The notes under the pieces are model-generated. The model was given only the letters and a program-made list of their open reading frames with translations. It was not told where the DNA came from and did not search any database. This document shows, one piece after another, positions 1 to 12,995 of a stretch of 64,000 nt of DNA. Source of the DNA: Octopus vulgaris (lineage: Eukaryota); NCBI GenBank assembly GCA_951406725.2, contig OX597820.1, positions 88,536,001-88,600,000 of the forward strand. Direction: 5' to 3'. Each line of letters opens with the position of its first letter. Positions within the stretch are counted from its first letter, which is position 1. The position numbers were made by a program, and so were the translations under genes.

Positions 1-129
1 GTGAGGCTGTGTGGGTGTGGATGTGAGGGTGTGTTTCTGCATATATACATTTGTTTGTGTGTTGTGTGGTAAGGAATTATTGTTGTTGGTCTTGTTGCAC
101 TACATCCGGTCACTTTCCATTAAGTAGAC

Positions 130-545
130 AGATCTATGCTCAAATACATTCCAGCCGTGGCCACCTCGCTCTGTTTTTTAGCACTCAGAATATCTAAGAC
201 CACATTTGCCAATGTGTCATATCTCTTTAAAGACAGTAAGGTATGATCTGAGGAGAAACTGGCTACTATTTCTAACATGTAGGGCGACCGCAAAATACTT
301 CCTATGTCTTGCTGTTGTTGTTGTTGATGTGGTTGTTGATATTTTGCCCTGGGTCAAGCCTAATCAGATCAAACGAATCTATGATCAAGGGCGTTCCAGC
401 CATGACCATTCCGTCTTTTTCGAAACTAATATATCTAGAACTGCATTATTATTTAATGTGTCTTGCCTTCATCAAGACGGTAGGGTGTGCTCTGAGAAAG
501 ATTTGGTTGGTATTTCTAGCAGGTGAGTGACCATGTAAAGAGCAT
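130..545 (+). repeat. Two tandem copies of an old interspersed-repeat tail (also about 40215-40400, 40990-41210, 41870-42030 on -, 51640-51785 on +)
   Basis: ttccagcc.tg.cca...aagac.gta.ggt.tg.t.tgag..aga.ttgg.tg.tatttctagcagg motif recurs. Confidence 0.6.
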
Positions 546-826
546 CCTCATACTGATATGTGTGTATATATTCGTGTATATGTATGTACCTGTGTGTGTG
601 TATGTATGTGTGCATCTTTGCACGTGTTGTGAATATGTATGTGTAAGCATATATGTGTGAGTGTGTAAACTTGTATATGTATATATGTCTGAATATATGT
701 GTGAATGTATGTACGGAGATGTGAGTGTATAGTGTCATGTGATGTCTCAGTACGTGAGCTTTTGTTTATGAATGGAAAACTGTGTTCACGATGTCATATA
801 CGTATGTGTGTGTGTATATATATATG

Positions 827-879
<53 letters not shown>

Positions 880-1254
880 GTAGATAGGTAGATATATATA
901 TATATATATATATATATAGATAGATAGATAGATAGATGGATGTGTGTGTGTGCGTGTGAGTGTGAGTGTGTGTGTCTGCGAGTGCATGTATTATATGAAG
1001 GTATGTGTATATGTGTAGCGTTTGTGTGTATGTCTCTAAGTTCGAGTATAGATTTAGTTTGTCATGTGGTGGGGTGGTAGTAGTAGTGGTGGTGCTGGTG
1101 GTGGTGGTGCTGGTGGTGGTGGTGCTGGTGGTGGTGGTGCTGGTGGTGCTGGTGTAATAGTGAATGATAAGGTGGGAGGTGGTCATGGTGGTGATATCAC
1201 ATGGGGTGGGGAGCAGAAAGACAGGGGCGGGCGGAGAGAAGGAACCGAGTAGGT

Positions 1255-1298
<44 letters not shown>

Positions 1299-1375
1299 AC
1301 CATAATCTAGAGGCTACTACTACTACTACTACCACCACCACCACCACCACCACCACCACCACCACCACCACCACC

Positions 1376-1408
<33 letters not shown>

Positions 1409-1729
1409 CCCACCACCACCTTTACTACTACTACTACTACTGCTACTGCCACTGCTGCTGCTGCTGCTGCTTTCGGCTTGTGCTGCTGATGTCGCTGCTG
1501 TTATTGCTGTTGGTGTGACTATCTTGCTACGGTATGCTTGCTGGTTGGCTGGTTGGCCGGTTGGTCTGCCGGCTGCTTAGTTGGCTGGTTGTTTGGCTAA
1601 TTCTCGCCCCTGTTGTTGCTTCTGTCTTGGCAATGTGGTTTTCTTCCATTGGAACTTGATAGTGAGCAGCAGGAGATTGTTATCCTGAGAGGTGGTGGTC
1701 TCAACCGGACTGGATCCCACGGCGTGCAT

Positions 1730-1811
<82 letters not shown>

Positions 1812-2072
1812 ATCTTTCTCTCGTTCTGTCTTCTCTCTCTATTCTCTGTCTCTTACGCACGCACACATTCACATACAATCACACAGATAAACAGACAAAA
1901 AACACATACTTATGCTCACATACAATCACTCACGCATTCAAATATATATATATGCTCAAACACACACACACACATAAAGACAATCACGTATACAAACGTA
2001 TATAGCCATACATCCGTACATCCGTACGTACATACATACATACATACATACATACATACATACATACATACA

Positions 2073-2106
<34 letters not shown>

Positions 2107-2225
2107 AATACATACGTACATACTTATGTACGTGCGTACAATTACATACTGATATAGACACATATCTTTACAGATATACGCATTTCTAAAAACACACAGA
2201 CACACACAGACACACACACGAACAT

Positions 2226-2285
<60 letters not shown>

Positions 2286-2866
2286 ACACACACGCAAACA
2301 CAGACACACACACACCATTCACTCAAAACATTCACACACAGGCATACTTTTGCGCAGATGGTACAGAATCATATTCCTTTCGGAATAGAGGTCAAATAAA
2401 GGTTTAGGGAAACGTTATAGGGAAGGAAAAGAAACGAGATGCTGTGGCATTCATGCTTTTCTTGCGGCTAGTTTTAACCAAGTCAGCAAAGGTAATCCGC
2501 CAACTGAAACATTATCTCATTACCCTCCTCGTGGTTAGGGCGGCGATCAGGTAGAAATTCATAGGGTATCGGAAGAAAATGCACTCGCCTTTCGTCTTCC
2601 GAAGTGAATGTCGCGAGTGGTTGCTCTGCTATCAAAATTCGTGTTAGTTGATTCTGTCTTTGCTTTCATATTTATGAATAATAATCATGCCTTAGTATCG
2701 CACCTGTCTGCATAATATGCGTCGTTAGATCATGAATTCACTAATCATTCGAAACAAATGTAACGACAATGCCTGCAGACATTTTGAGGATTGTATATGC
2801 AACTTTTCATATAAATATCTCTCTTACACTTGTTTTTGTTGTTCATACATACATGCATGCATTCAC

Positions 2867-3121
<255 letters not shown>

Positions 3122-3552
3122 TGTGTGAGTGTGTATGTATCTATGTATATACATCTATATAAATACATATGCATGCATATACATACATACTCACACATAC
3201 ATACATATATACGTATGTGTGCGCATGCATGTGTATGTTACTTGACCCGCAAAATGGATGAGTCCCCTGTAGGGGCTTTTGCTAGTAACAAACAAATCCA
3301 CTATATCCAGTTTTTGAATAGTCACTTGAATTCTGGTCTTCCAAGCTCCAGATTGGGCTTATTCTCTCTCTCTCTATATATATATATGTGTGTGTGTGTG
3401 TATGTGTGCGCGTATGTATACATTTACGCATACATGTATACTTACATAGACACATACACAGGCACACACATGCGCACATGCACACACACACACACACACA
3501 CACATACACACACACGCACACATATAATCACTCTCATACACGCACATGAGGG

Positions 3553-3965
3553 CTCTCTTTACTCTTTTACTCTTTTACTTGTTTCAGTCATTTGACTGCG
3601 GCCATGCTGGAACATCGCCTTTAGTCGAGCAAATCGACCCCAGGACTTATTCTTTGTAAGCCCAGTACTTATTCTATCGGTCTCTTTTGCCGAACCGCTA
3701 AGTGACGGCGACGTAAACACACCAGGATCGGTTGTCAAGCAATGCTAGGGGGACAAACACAGACACTCAAACATACACACACATATATATATACAGACAT
3801 ATATACGACGGGCTTCTTTCAGTTTCCGTCTACCAAATCCACTCACAAGGCTTTGGTTGGCCCGATGCTATAGTAGAAGACACTTGCCCAAGGTGACACG
3901 CAGTGGGACTGAACCCGGAACCATGTGGTTGGTTAGCAAGTTACTTACCACACAGCCACTCCTGC
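3553..3965 (-). mobile_element. tRNA-derived SINE family A, full length
   Basis: gtggctgtgtggtaag...ggttcagtcccactgcg head, internal microsatellite, (agtaaaag)n tail. Confidence 0.88.
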
Positions 3966-4044
3966 TGTCCCAAAAGTAAAGCAAAAGTGGGTATAAATGT
4001 TTAATTAACTAATCTAGGTTTCTTAAGTCGGACATGTTCCAGAG

Positions 4045-4279
4045 CCTTGGTTCTCAACCACCATTTTGTTTATTGACCCCTTTGGGTCCTATTTTACTCG
4101 GGGTAATCCCTCAAAACCACTCGATTTTTAAAAATGTGTGGTAAGAAGCTTGCTTCCCACCTTCAATGTTTCTGGACCCCCACTGCATAGCCCCTTGGGG
4201 TAGTGTTTTCTACTATAGCCTTGAACTGACTAAAGCTTTGTGAGTGAATTTGGTTGATGGTAACTGAAAGAAGCTTGTC

Positions 4280-4350
<71 letters not shown>

Positions 4351-5041
4351 TCCCCACCACCACCACCACCACTTGACAACAAGTGTTGATCTTTTTTTAC
4401 GTCACTGTAAATTAGCTGTTCGGCAAAATAGATTGACAAAATAAATGCCAGGTTTTTAAAAAAGTGCTGTGGTCGATTCATTCGTATAAAAGTTCTTCAA
4501 AGCAGTATCCCAACATGGCTTCAATTTCACGACTGAGATAAGTAAATGATAATTTGTATACAAAAACAAAAAGTTGCTAAAATATTTTGTGGGTTCATTC
4601 CCACTGCGTGGCACCTTGGGCAAGTGTCTTCTACTATAGCCTAAGGCCGACCAAAGCCTTGTGAGTGGATTTGGTAGACGGAAACTGAAAGAAGCCCGTC
4701 GTATATATGTATATTTATGTATATATTTATGTGTGTCTGTGTTTGTCCCCCCTCCTCAACATCGCTTGACGACCGATGGTGATGTGTTTACGTCCCCGTA
4801 ACTTAGCGGATCGGCAAAAGAGACCGATAGAATAAGTACTAGGCAACCACAGAATAAGTCCTGGGGTCGATTTGCTCGACTAAAGGCGGTGCTTCAGCAT
4901 GGCCGCAGTCAAATGACTGAAACAAGTAAAGAGTAAAAGAGAACGTACAAGTAATATAACCAATTTATTGCACATAAATTTTAGCAACAAAATCTTAAAT
5001 GGAACCCTAAGGGTCAGGTGGACCCCGGTTGAGAACCACTG
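4045..5041. mobile_element. hAT (Buster/Charlie-like) MITE with two nested SINEs
   Basis: TIRs ccttggttctcaacc / ggttgagaaccactg; 8-bp flanks ttccagag / ctgtagag. Confidence 0.7.
4136..4941 (+). mobile_element. Two family A SINE copies in tandem (4136-4545, 4591-4941)
   Basis: Both match 43121-43535. Confidence 0.8.
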
Positions 5042-5084
5042 CTGTAGAGTAATTCTTCTTTCTGTTCTTTTTTACTGCAGATAA

Positions 5085-6240
5085 TAGGTTCTAAGGAGAA
5101 ACAACGTGCGTCTAGATGAAGGAGAATGCTTTCTGTTCGACGTACATAGAAGGCTGCTGGTTGTTTACTGAGATGGCACCTTGATGAGGCGAATGTGCAC
5201 AGGTGGATGAAAAAGTGTAAAGGAGAAACCTGCACTAAAGACAAACCATGCAGTGGGAGACCATCAACTGGGGCCACTGACACGAATCATCGGCGAGTGT
5301 ACGAAATGATTCTTGCGGACAGATGAGACAAAAACGGTGAATATATTGCGCAACTGGATAGAAGTCTAAATGCAAGCACAAGATGAGTTGAAGACTTTGA
5401 GCATCGGGAAGGGTGTGTAAAGTGAGTACATTGGTAGATGACACCCGATTTGAAGGAGAGAAAGATGGAAATCTGCTTTGATCTGCTGAAAGCGTTTGAA
5501 ACCAAAGAAAGCTGGGGTTTTTTGCGATCTTGTAACGGGATAAAATATGGTCATATCTTTATGATCTAGAAATAAAGATATAATATATAGAATAGCGTCA
5601 CATCTCTTCTCAAAGGCCTAAGCTGTTCAAGAGCCAGTGATCTGCAGTCATAGTACCTGTTTTGTAAGATGACAAGGGTGTCATTCTCCTTGATTTTCTT
5701 TAATGTGGCAGTACAGTGAATACCGAAAAGTTGCATTGTGTAAAGTGGGTGACTCGGTAGTTGACATTTGAATGAGAGAAGGATGGAAAATTGCTCTGAT
5801 CTGCTGGAAGCACTAGGAACCAAAGAAGACGGGGGTTATTTTTGCCCCGATTTTGTGACAAGTTATAAAACGTGGCCACATCACAACGATCTAGAAACGA
5901 AGGTTTAGTCTTTTGAATAAAGTCACACTTCTTCTCGAAGGTCTGCATAGAAAGTCATAGTGACTGTTCTGGGGGATGAGAAGGGCGTCATTCTCATTGA
6001 TCTTCTGGCGGTACTGTGAATACAGAAAAGATGTCTTGAAACGCCCAGAAGGGTTAGAAAAGCCATTAGAGGGAAGAGAAAGAATAATAATCTGAAAACG
6101 ATCCACTTTCACTATGACAATACGTGACCACAAACATTCAGCAATAAATCAAGCAATTGATAAAATATTATAAGCATTGAAAGAAAGTCTTCCACTGTGA
6201 GGATATCTTCCTCTATTTCCGTTTTGGAGGCCTCGCAGAA
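5085..6240 (+). pseudogene. Decayed mariner (DD34D-type) transposase with an internal ~300-bp duplication
   Basis: HRWMKK...DKPCSGRPST, VTG(D)KIW..YD.E-like and FHYDNT*PH remnants; about 5410-5700 is repeated at about 5730-6020. Confidence 0.65.
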
Positions 6241-6577
6241 TGGTCATTATTTTAAAAGAAATTCTTCAAATTCTTTAAAATGATTATATATATACTAGCA
6301 CACATTTCCTCGTCAGCACAGCTTCTAGAAAATCTAAGCAAAACTACGTTTTCATAACATTCATCAACTACGTCTTTGTTGTGTTTCTGTTGAGAAACTA
6401 TAAAATCTCCTAAGTACTATCCATTCTCTGAAATTTTGATGGTGAGAGCTTGTTGTTTAAATCAATACCAGTTGATCTCGGCAGGATTTGAACTCAAAAC
6501 TTAAACAAATATCGCAAGGCATTTTGTCGGACGTTCTAACAATTTTGCTATTCCGCCACCTTAAAAAGTTAATAATA

Positions 6578-7828
6578 CTGGATGGGGCAGAGAAGACAGA
6601 TGTTTTTGAAATAGCTATTACTCAGCTTCAGTGGGGTGGGGAGACATATGTCCGCTAGGTACCATTTGGTCCATGATGTCTTAATATTTTGTTTTTCTTT
6701 TCGGGTGAAGCCATGGCGCTGTGCACGATAGAGGATCGCTTGTTTGCCTACGACAGTTACGTGAAGAATAACGAGTCTGTCACAGCAGTTCAGCGTAAGA
6801 TTCGTCGCCACTTCAACATTCACCGAACTCATGCTGTTCCCACCCGTAGCACAATCTTACGTTAAGTGAATGCACTTCGTACGCGAAGTATACTAATGAA
6901 TAGAGCCACGAACGGTACGGATTTCGGAAAATGTGGAATGCGTCAGACAAGCTTTGATACGAAGTCCGAATCGCTCTGCTCGGAGGCATTCCACTGAACT
7001 TGGCATCGGCAATCGATCGGTAAGGCGTATTTTGCATAAAGACCTGTATTTCCACCCGTACAAATTGGTCTTTGGGACTATGCATATGGCTACCTCATTT
7101 TGTTAATGAGTGATGAAGCTCATTTTCATCTCAATGACATGGTGAATCAACAGAACTATCGTCATTGGGCTCTTGAAAATCCGAGAGAACTGCACGAAAG
7201 ACCATGGCACAGCTCAAAAGTGACGGTCTGGTGTGCTGTTGGGAAAGCTACCGTCATTGGTCCTTACTTATTTGAAGACAATTACGGAAATGCCGTTACT
7301 GTGAACTCCGAGTGTTACATCGAGATGATAAACAATTTTGTGTTTGAATTACGACGAAAACGTATGCCTATTCGACGTGTGTGGTTCCAGCAGGATGGGG
7401 CGACGGCCCACACAGCCAGAGCATCAATGGACGTTCTTAGCATTCTCTTCAGTGATCACCTCATTTCCAGGTTTGCTGACATTTCTTGGCCTCCCTCGGT
7501 CCCCTGATTTATCTATGCGTGATCATTTCTTGTGGGGAAGCCTCAAGGCACGTGTGTATGCGCATAAGCCCCGTACGTTGGACATTTGAAGAATGCAGTT
7601 CACGTGGAAGTCGCCCAAATCGATAGAGCAATGCTGGAGAGAGTTGAGACGAACTTCCAAGAACATTTTCAGAAATGCTTCAATGAAAACGGACATTACA
7701 CGATGGATGTTGTTTTCCACATATGATTTTGACAAATGCTAATTCAATACGAACACATTGATGTCAATAAAATTTGTTTGCAGCTAAGATTAATGATTTT
7801 GTGAGTCCGTTCTCTCTGCCCCATCCTG
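6578..7828 (+). mobile_element. Tc1/mariner transposon of the DD41D (rosa/Visitor) type, full length, transposase pseudogenised
   Basis: TIRs ctggatggggcagagaag / ttctctctgccccatcctg, TA TSD on both sides, ATG at 6713. Motifs SDEAHFHL, WFQQDGATAH and WPPRSPDLSxxDHFLWG, with 41 residues between the second and third D after correcting one frameshift. Contains stops and frameshifts. Confidence 0.9.
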
Positions 7829-8142
7829 TAATAGTAATTGTTTTTAATGTAGGCTCACTATAAAAAATAGTATAACAAAACTTAACCACCACAGTATGCT
7901 CAGATCGTTCTTTTAATAAGAATTCGGCGCTTTCACCTTACGCTAAAAACAGACACTCAACCAAGCACTTTGCGCTAAGGCCATTCTTACTCCACAGAGT
8001 TTCATCCCTCTGAATTTGATTCCTCCTCGTAGTTTTTCCCTTCAGCTGTCAACTTGCAACTATTCAAGGTCATCATCCGAAACCATTTTCTTCGGTCTTT
8101 GAGGCGCTGAGAAAGCTATGGGTACAGGCCCTTAATCTAGGC

Positions 8143-8451
8143 TAGGGGCTCTCAATCGGGGCCCATATAAGATTTTTGGGTGTCCACGGATGCACTATAG
8201 TAAATTAGGGGTCCACAGTATTTTTCAGGGGCCATGAACAATCCAAGCTCCATACTAATAAAGTTTATGTGCAATAATTTCGTTATAAGTCCACAATACA
8301 CAAAATAATTTAGCAATTTTTATACAATTCCTAATAATTTTTAATTATAAATATACAATAGGATTTTAAAACATTGAATGGCTAAAGGGGTCCACCAAAA
8401 TGAAATAGGAATCAAAGTGGTCCACAGGTAAAAAATGGTTGAGAACCCTTG
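8143..8451. mobile_element. hAT MITE (orientation opposite to the next two)
   Basis: TIRs taggggctctcaatc / ggttgagaacccttg; TSD atctaggc / atctagat. Confidence 0.75.
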
Positions 8452-8465
8452 ATCTAGATCAAATA

Positions 8466-8851
8466 GTGGAGGCGCAATGGCCCAGTGGTTAGGGCAGCGG
8501 ATTCGCGGTCGTAGGATCGCGGTTTCGATTCCCAGACCGGGCGTTGTGAGTGTTTATTGAGCGAAAACACCTAAAGCTCCATGAGGTTCCGGCAGGGATG
8601 GTGGTGATCCCTGCTGTACTCTTTCACCACAACTTTCTCTCACTCTTACTTCCTGTTTCTGTTGTACCTGTATTTCAAAGGGCCGGCCTTGTCACTCTCT
8701 GTGTCACGCTGAATATCCCCGAGAACTACGTTAAGGGTACACGTGTCTGTGGAATGCTCAGCCACTTACACGTTAATTTCACGAGCAGGCTATTCCGTTG
8801 ATCGGATCAACCGGAACCCTCGTCGTCGTAACCGACGGAGTGCTTCCATCC
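8466..8851 (+). mobile_element. tRNA-derived SINE family C, full length
   Basis: A/B boxes (tggcccagtggttagg, ggtttcgattccc); 14-bp TSD atctagatcaaata. Confidence 0.9.
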
Positions 8852-9061
8852 ATCTAGATCAAATATAATCTAAAGAATTTATCAGTATGCTAGTCGAATT
8901 TTTCAGACTAAAGTTTACAGCCAAAAACATAGCTCCATTTATACACGAAGACGACTTTGGAAGATCAAAAATTCCATATGGAAGTCAGCAGGATTTGTTT
9001 GGAAAGATAATGGCAATGTATGGATCTAAGAAAGCTATGAGCATTATCTCTTCATCTAGAA

Positions 9062-9292
9062 CAGTAGTTTTCAACCATTTTCTGTCTATGGAACTCTTTG
9101 GTTCTTGTTTTACTCTACTGGATCTCCATAGTCATTCGATGTGTATAAAAGATATCCTACTGTGCTTTTATTATCAGATATTATAAAGAATTGCATAAAA
9201 ATTAATAATATTTTGTGTATTGCAGAAGTATAAACTATTTCTCATAAATTTTAACAAGAAAATTTTATACGGATCCCGGTTGAGAACCCCCG
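9062..9292. mobile_element. hAT MITE
   Basis: cagtagttttcaacc ... ggttgagaacccccg, inserted after tctaga. Confidence 0.7.
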
Positions 9293-9492
9293 AACTGAAC
9301 CAAACATAATCTTACGAATTTTTTGGTATATCAGTCGAACTTTTCAGACTAAAGTTAACAGCCGAAAAAAAATAAAAGGTAGGTCGACTAAAACACCAAA
9401 ACGACTTTGGAGGACCAAAAATTCCAGGATTTGGAAAGGTTGTGACGATGTTTGGAGCTAAGAAATCTATGGGCACTATCCCTTCTTCTAGA

Positions 9493-9737
9493 TCAGTGAT
9501 TCCCAGCCACTTTTGCATGTGAGCCCCTTTGATTCCTATTTAACTCAACCAGACCTCCATAGCCATTTGATGTTTAAAAATTCCTATTATATTTTTATAA
9601 TTAAATATATTAGGAACTGTATAAAAAACTTTTTAATATTTTGTGTATTGTAAAGACAATTTATTGCGCATAAATTTCAACAACAAAATCATACATGGAC
9701 CTTTAAAGGCCACATGGACCTCAGTGGAGTACCACTG
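9493..9737. mobile_element. hAT MITE
   Basis: cagtgattcccagcc ... gagtaccactg; TSD ttctagat / ctctagac. Confidence 0.7.
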
Positions 9738-10311
9738 CTCTAGACCAAACATAATCTAATGAATTTTTTGGTATACAAGTCGAATTTTTTCAAAATAAAG
9801 ATTACAGCCAAAAAAGATAGGTCGACTTATACACCAAGACGAGTTTGGAGGACCAAAAATTCCATATGAAAAGTAGCAGAACTTGGAATGATAGTTATGA
9901 TACTTGGATGTTTACACTACATATTTATACTATGTAGTATGTGGACTTGTTTGCCGTCAAATACCATAATAATACAAAAGTAAATAAAAATACTAGCGAT
10001 ATAAAAATGTTCAAATTAGATATCTCTTTCGCCGCCAATACAACTTATATACCATGCACCAATGTAAGATATCAAAGCTACATTGTGTTAGATGTAGAAG
10101 GTTTGTGCATGTGCATGTGTGAGGTAGTGTGCGTTCTGAATGTATGCGTGACTGAGTGTCGGTGCGCGCGTATGTTGATGCGCATGTGTGCCTATATTTG
10201 TGTGCGAGTCTATTTTAAATATATTTGTTAGAATCAGTGCAAAAGAACTAAAATATATTTATAGAAATATCACATTAGGCGAAGCATGCAATTATTTATA
10301 ATATATATATG

Positions 10312-10343
<32 letters not shown>

Positions 10344-10429
10344 CGTGTGTGTGTGTGTGTGTATCTGCGTGTATGTATGTATGTGTGTGTGTATGTGCGT
10401 ATATATATATATATATATTCATATATAGG

Positions 10430-10602
10430 CGCAAGCGTCACTGTATGATAGGAAGTTTGGTTCCAAAGCAAATGGTTCCTGTTTCAGTCCTTCTGCGTGG
10501 CTTCTTGAGCCAGTGTCTGTTAAATAGACTCGAGGTCAAGCCGACCAAAGCTTCGTGAGTGGATCTAGATTTGGTGGACAGAAACTGGAGGAAGTTTGTC
10601 GA

Positions 10603-10635
<33 letters not shown>

Positions 10636-10900
10636 TGTATGTATGTATGTATGTATGTATATATATATATATATTGGGAGGTTGGGAGGGGCGTCTTTGT
10701 GTTTGTCCTCTACCACAGCTTGGCAACTGATGCTGGTGTGTTTGCGTCCCTGTAACTTAATGGTTCGGTAAAATGGACTCATGAAATAGGTGCAAGGATT
10801 ACCAAGGAATAAGTACTGGGGTAGATCTGTTCGACTAAATTTCTATAGGGTGGTACCCCAGCTTGGTCGCAGTCTAATGACTGAAACAAGTAAAAGATAA
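10430..10900 (+). mobile_element. SINE family A, diverged
   Basis: Collinear similarity to 43121-43535. Confidence 0.75.
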
Positions 10901-11029
10901 AAAAGTACATTCATATGTGCCATGGAAACATTAATTAATTTTGCTATCATATTATTAGAATTGTTGTTAATTCAGTTCTTTTTATTATTTAATGTGTAAT
11001 GAAACCGCTTTTGTTGTAATATCTCATTT

Positions 11030-11051
11030 AACTACTACTACTACCACCACC

Positions 11052-11116
<65 letters not shown>

Positions 11117-11373
11117 CACCACCACTACTACTACTACTCCCACCACACCACCACCACCACCACTACTACAACTACTCCCACCGCCACCACCACCACTACC
11201 ACTACTACTACTACCATCACCACCACCACCACCACTACTACAACTACTCCCACCACCACCATTACTACTACTACTACTACCACTACTACTACTGCCATCA
11301 CCACCACCACCACTACTACCACCACCACCACCACAACCACCACTACTACAACCACCACCACCACCACCACCAT

Positions 11374-11406
<33 letters not shown>

Positions 11407-11478
11407 TACTACTACTACCACCACCACCATTACTACTACCACCACTACCACCACCACCACCACCACCACCACCACCAT

Positions 11479-11528
<50 letters not shown>

Positions 11529-11530
11529 GC
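11030..11530. repeat. (ACT)n/(ACC)n compound microsatellite
   Basis: Directly visible. Confidence 0.97.
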
Positions 11531-12060
11531 ACATGCTTTTTTTATTATCTGTTTCGCTCGTGTTATAAACTTTTATATCGTTTTGTTTTAATGCATTTCT
11601 AGTGCTACCGATGTTGTTGTTATTGTTGTTGTTGTTGTTGCTACAGTTGCTGCTGCTGCTTTTGTTGTAGTTGTTGTTGTCGATGATGATGATGATGATG
11701 ATGTTGATGTTCATGTTATTCCTTTTATCCTTGCTGCGTGTGTCTCTATATCTTTTTTCCTTTCCTGCCTTCTATTTCCAGGCTCTCTCTCTTTCCCTCT
11801 CCCTTTCCCGCGCTTTCTCTCTTATTCTCTCTCTTTCTCTCTCTTTCTTTCTTTCATCTTCTCCTTTTCTTACTCTTTCTCTCTCTCTCTCTTTTCCTCT
11901 CCTTTTCTCTTTTTATCTTTAAAGTACTGGTTTTTTTTTTTTTGCTTTGTTTTATTTTGTTCTTTTCTCTCTTGTAATTCCATCTTTCATTCTCAAGAAA
12001 TTCTTCTTTTCCTTCGCCGCCATCATCAATTCTTTGTATATGTGTGTGTGTATACATACA

Positions 12061-12127
<67 letters not shown>

Positions 12128-12153
12128 AGTTAACAGAATGAGATAAATATATA

Positions 12154-12208
<55 letters not shown>

Positions 12209-12619
12209 TATATACGGATACCAAAAGCCACCTGTCGCACCATCCAGCTGCATTTTAGCTCTTGGCAAGAATTCTAAAACCCACTAATAATCCCAAACTT
12301 TGTTATTCAGTACAATTCTGCAAGAATTATGGTGTGTTGCCAATATTGTTATACATACCATGGAAAGCTAAACATCGTTATCATTATTATTGTTGTTGTT
12401 GTTGGTTTTGATGCCGATGTTGCTGATGTTGTTGTTGTCCTCTTTGCAAAACTTACAAAACAGACGCGCTATTTACGTTTTTTCTTTCTTTTTTTTCTTT
12501 TCTTTTATTGTTGTTATTCTTCTTCTTCTTCCTCCTCTTCTTCTTGTACAATCTGAGTTTTGTCAAATATTTTCTTCAATAATAATAATGATAATAATAA
12601 TAATAATCCTTTCTACTGG

Positions 12620-12995
12620 AAGCATAAGGCCTCAAACTTAGGGGAAGAGATTAACTCAATTACATCGACTCCAGTGCGTAACTGGTACTTAATTTAGCAA
12701 CCCCGAAAGGATTAAAGGTAAAGTCAACCTCGGCGGAATTTGAACTCAGGACTTAGCGACGGGCGAAATACCTATTTCTTTACTACCCACAAGGGGCTAA
12801 ACACAGAGAGGACAAACAAGGACAGACAAACGGATTAAGTCGATTATATCGACCCCAGTGCGTAACTGGTACTTATTTAATCGACCCCGAAAAGATGAAA
12901 GGTAAAGTCGACCTCGGCGGAATTTGAACTCAGAACGTAGCGGCAGACGAAATACCGCTAAGCATTTCGCCCGGCGTGCTAACGATTCTGCCAGT
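12620..12995 (-). mobile_element. SINE family B (Meta-domain-like), head plus two body units
   Basis: gcctttcatcctttcggggtcgattaaataagtaccag-type core occurs twice; junction aaagaaata|ggtatttcg. Confidence 0.85.

Noticed and set aside
8466-8540. tRNA-like sequences here and at 39039, 44466, 36806 and 43121
   Set aside because: They are SINE heads that continue into repeat bodies, some with TSDs; not tRNA genes
8852-9900. CRISPR-like repeat-spacer appearance (also 27076-27850)
   Set aside because: Units are ~200 bp, the 'spacers' are homologous MITEs or SINE bodies, there are no cas genes and the context is eukaryotic
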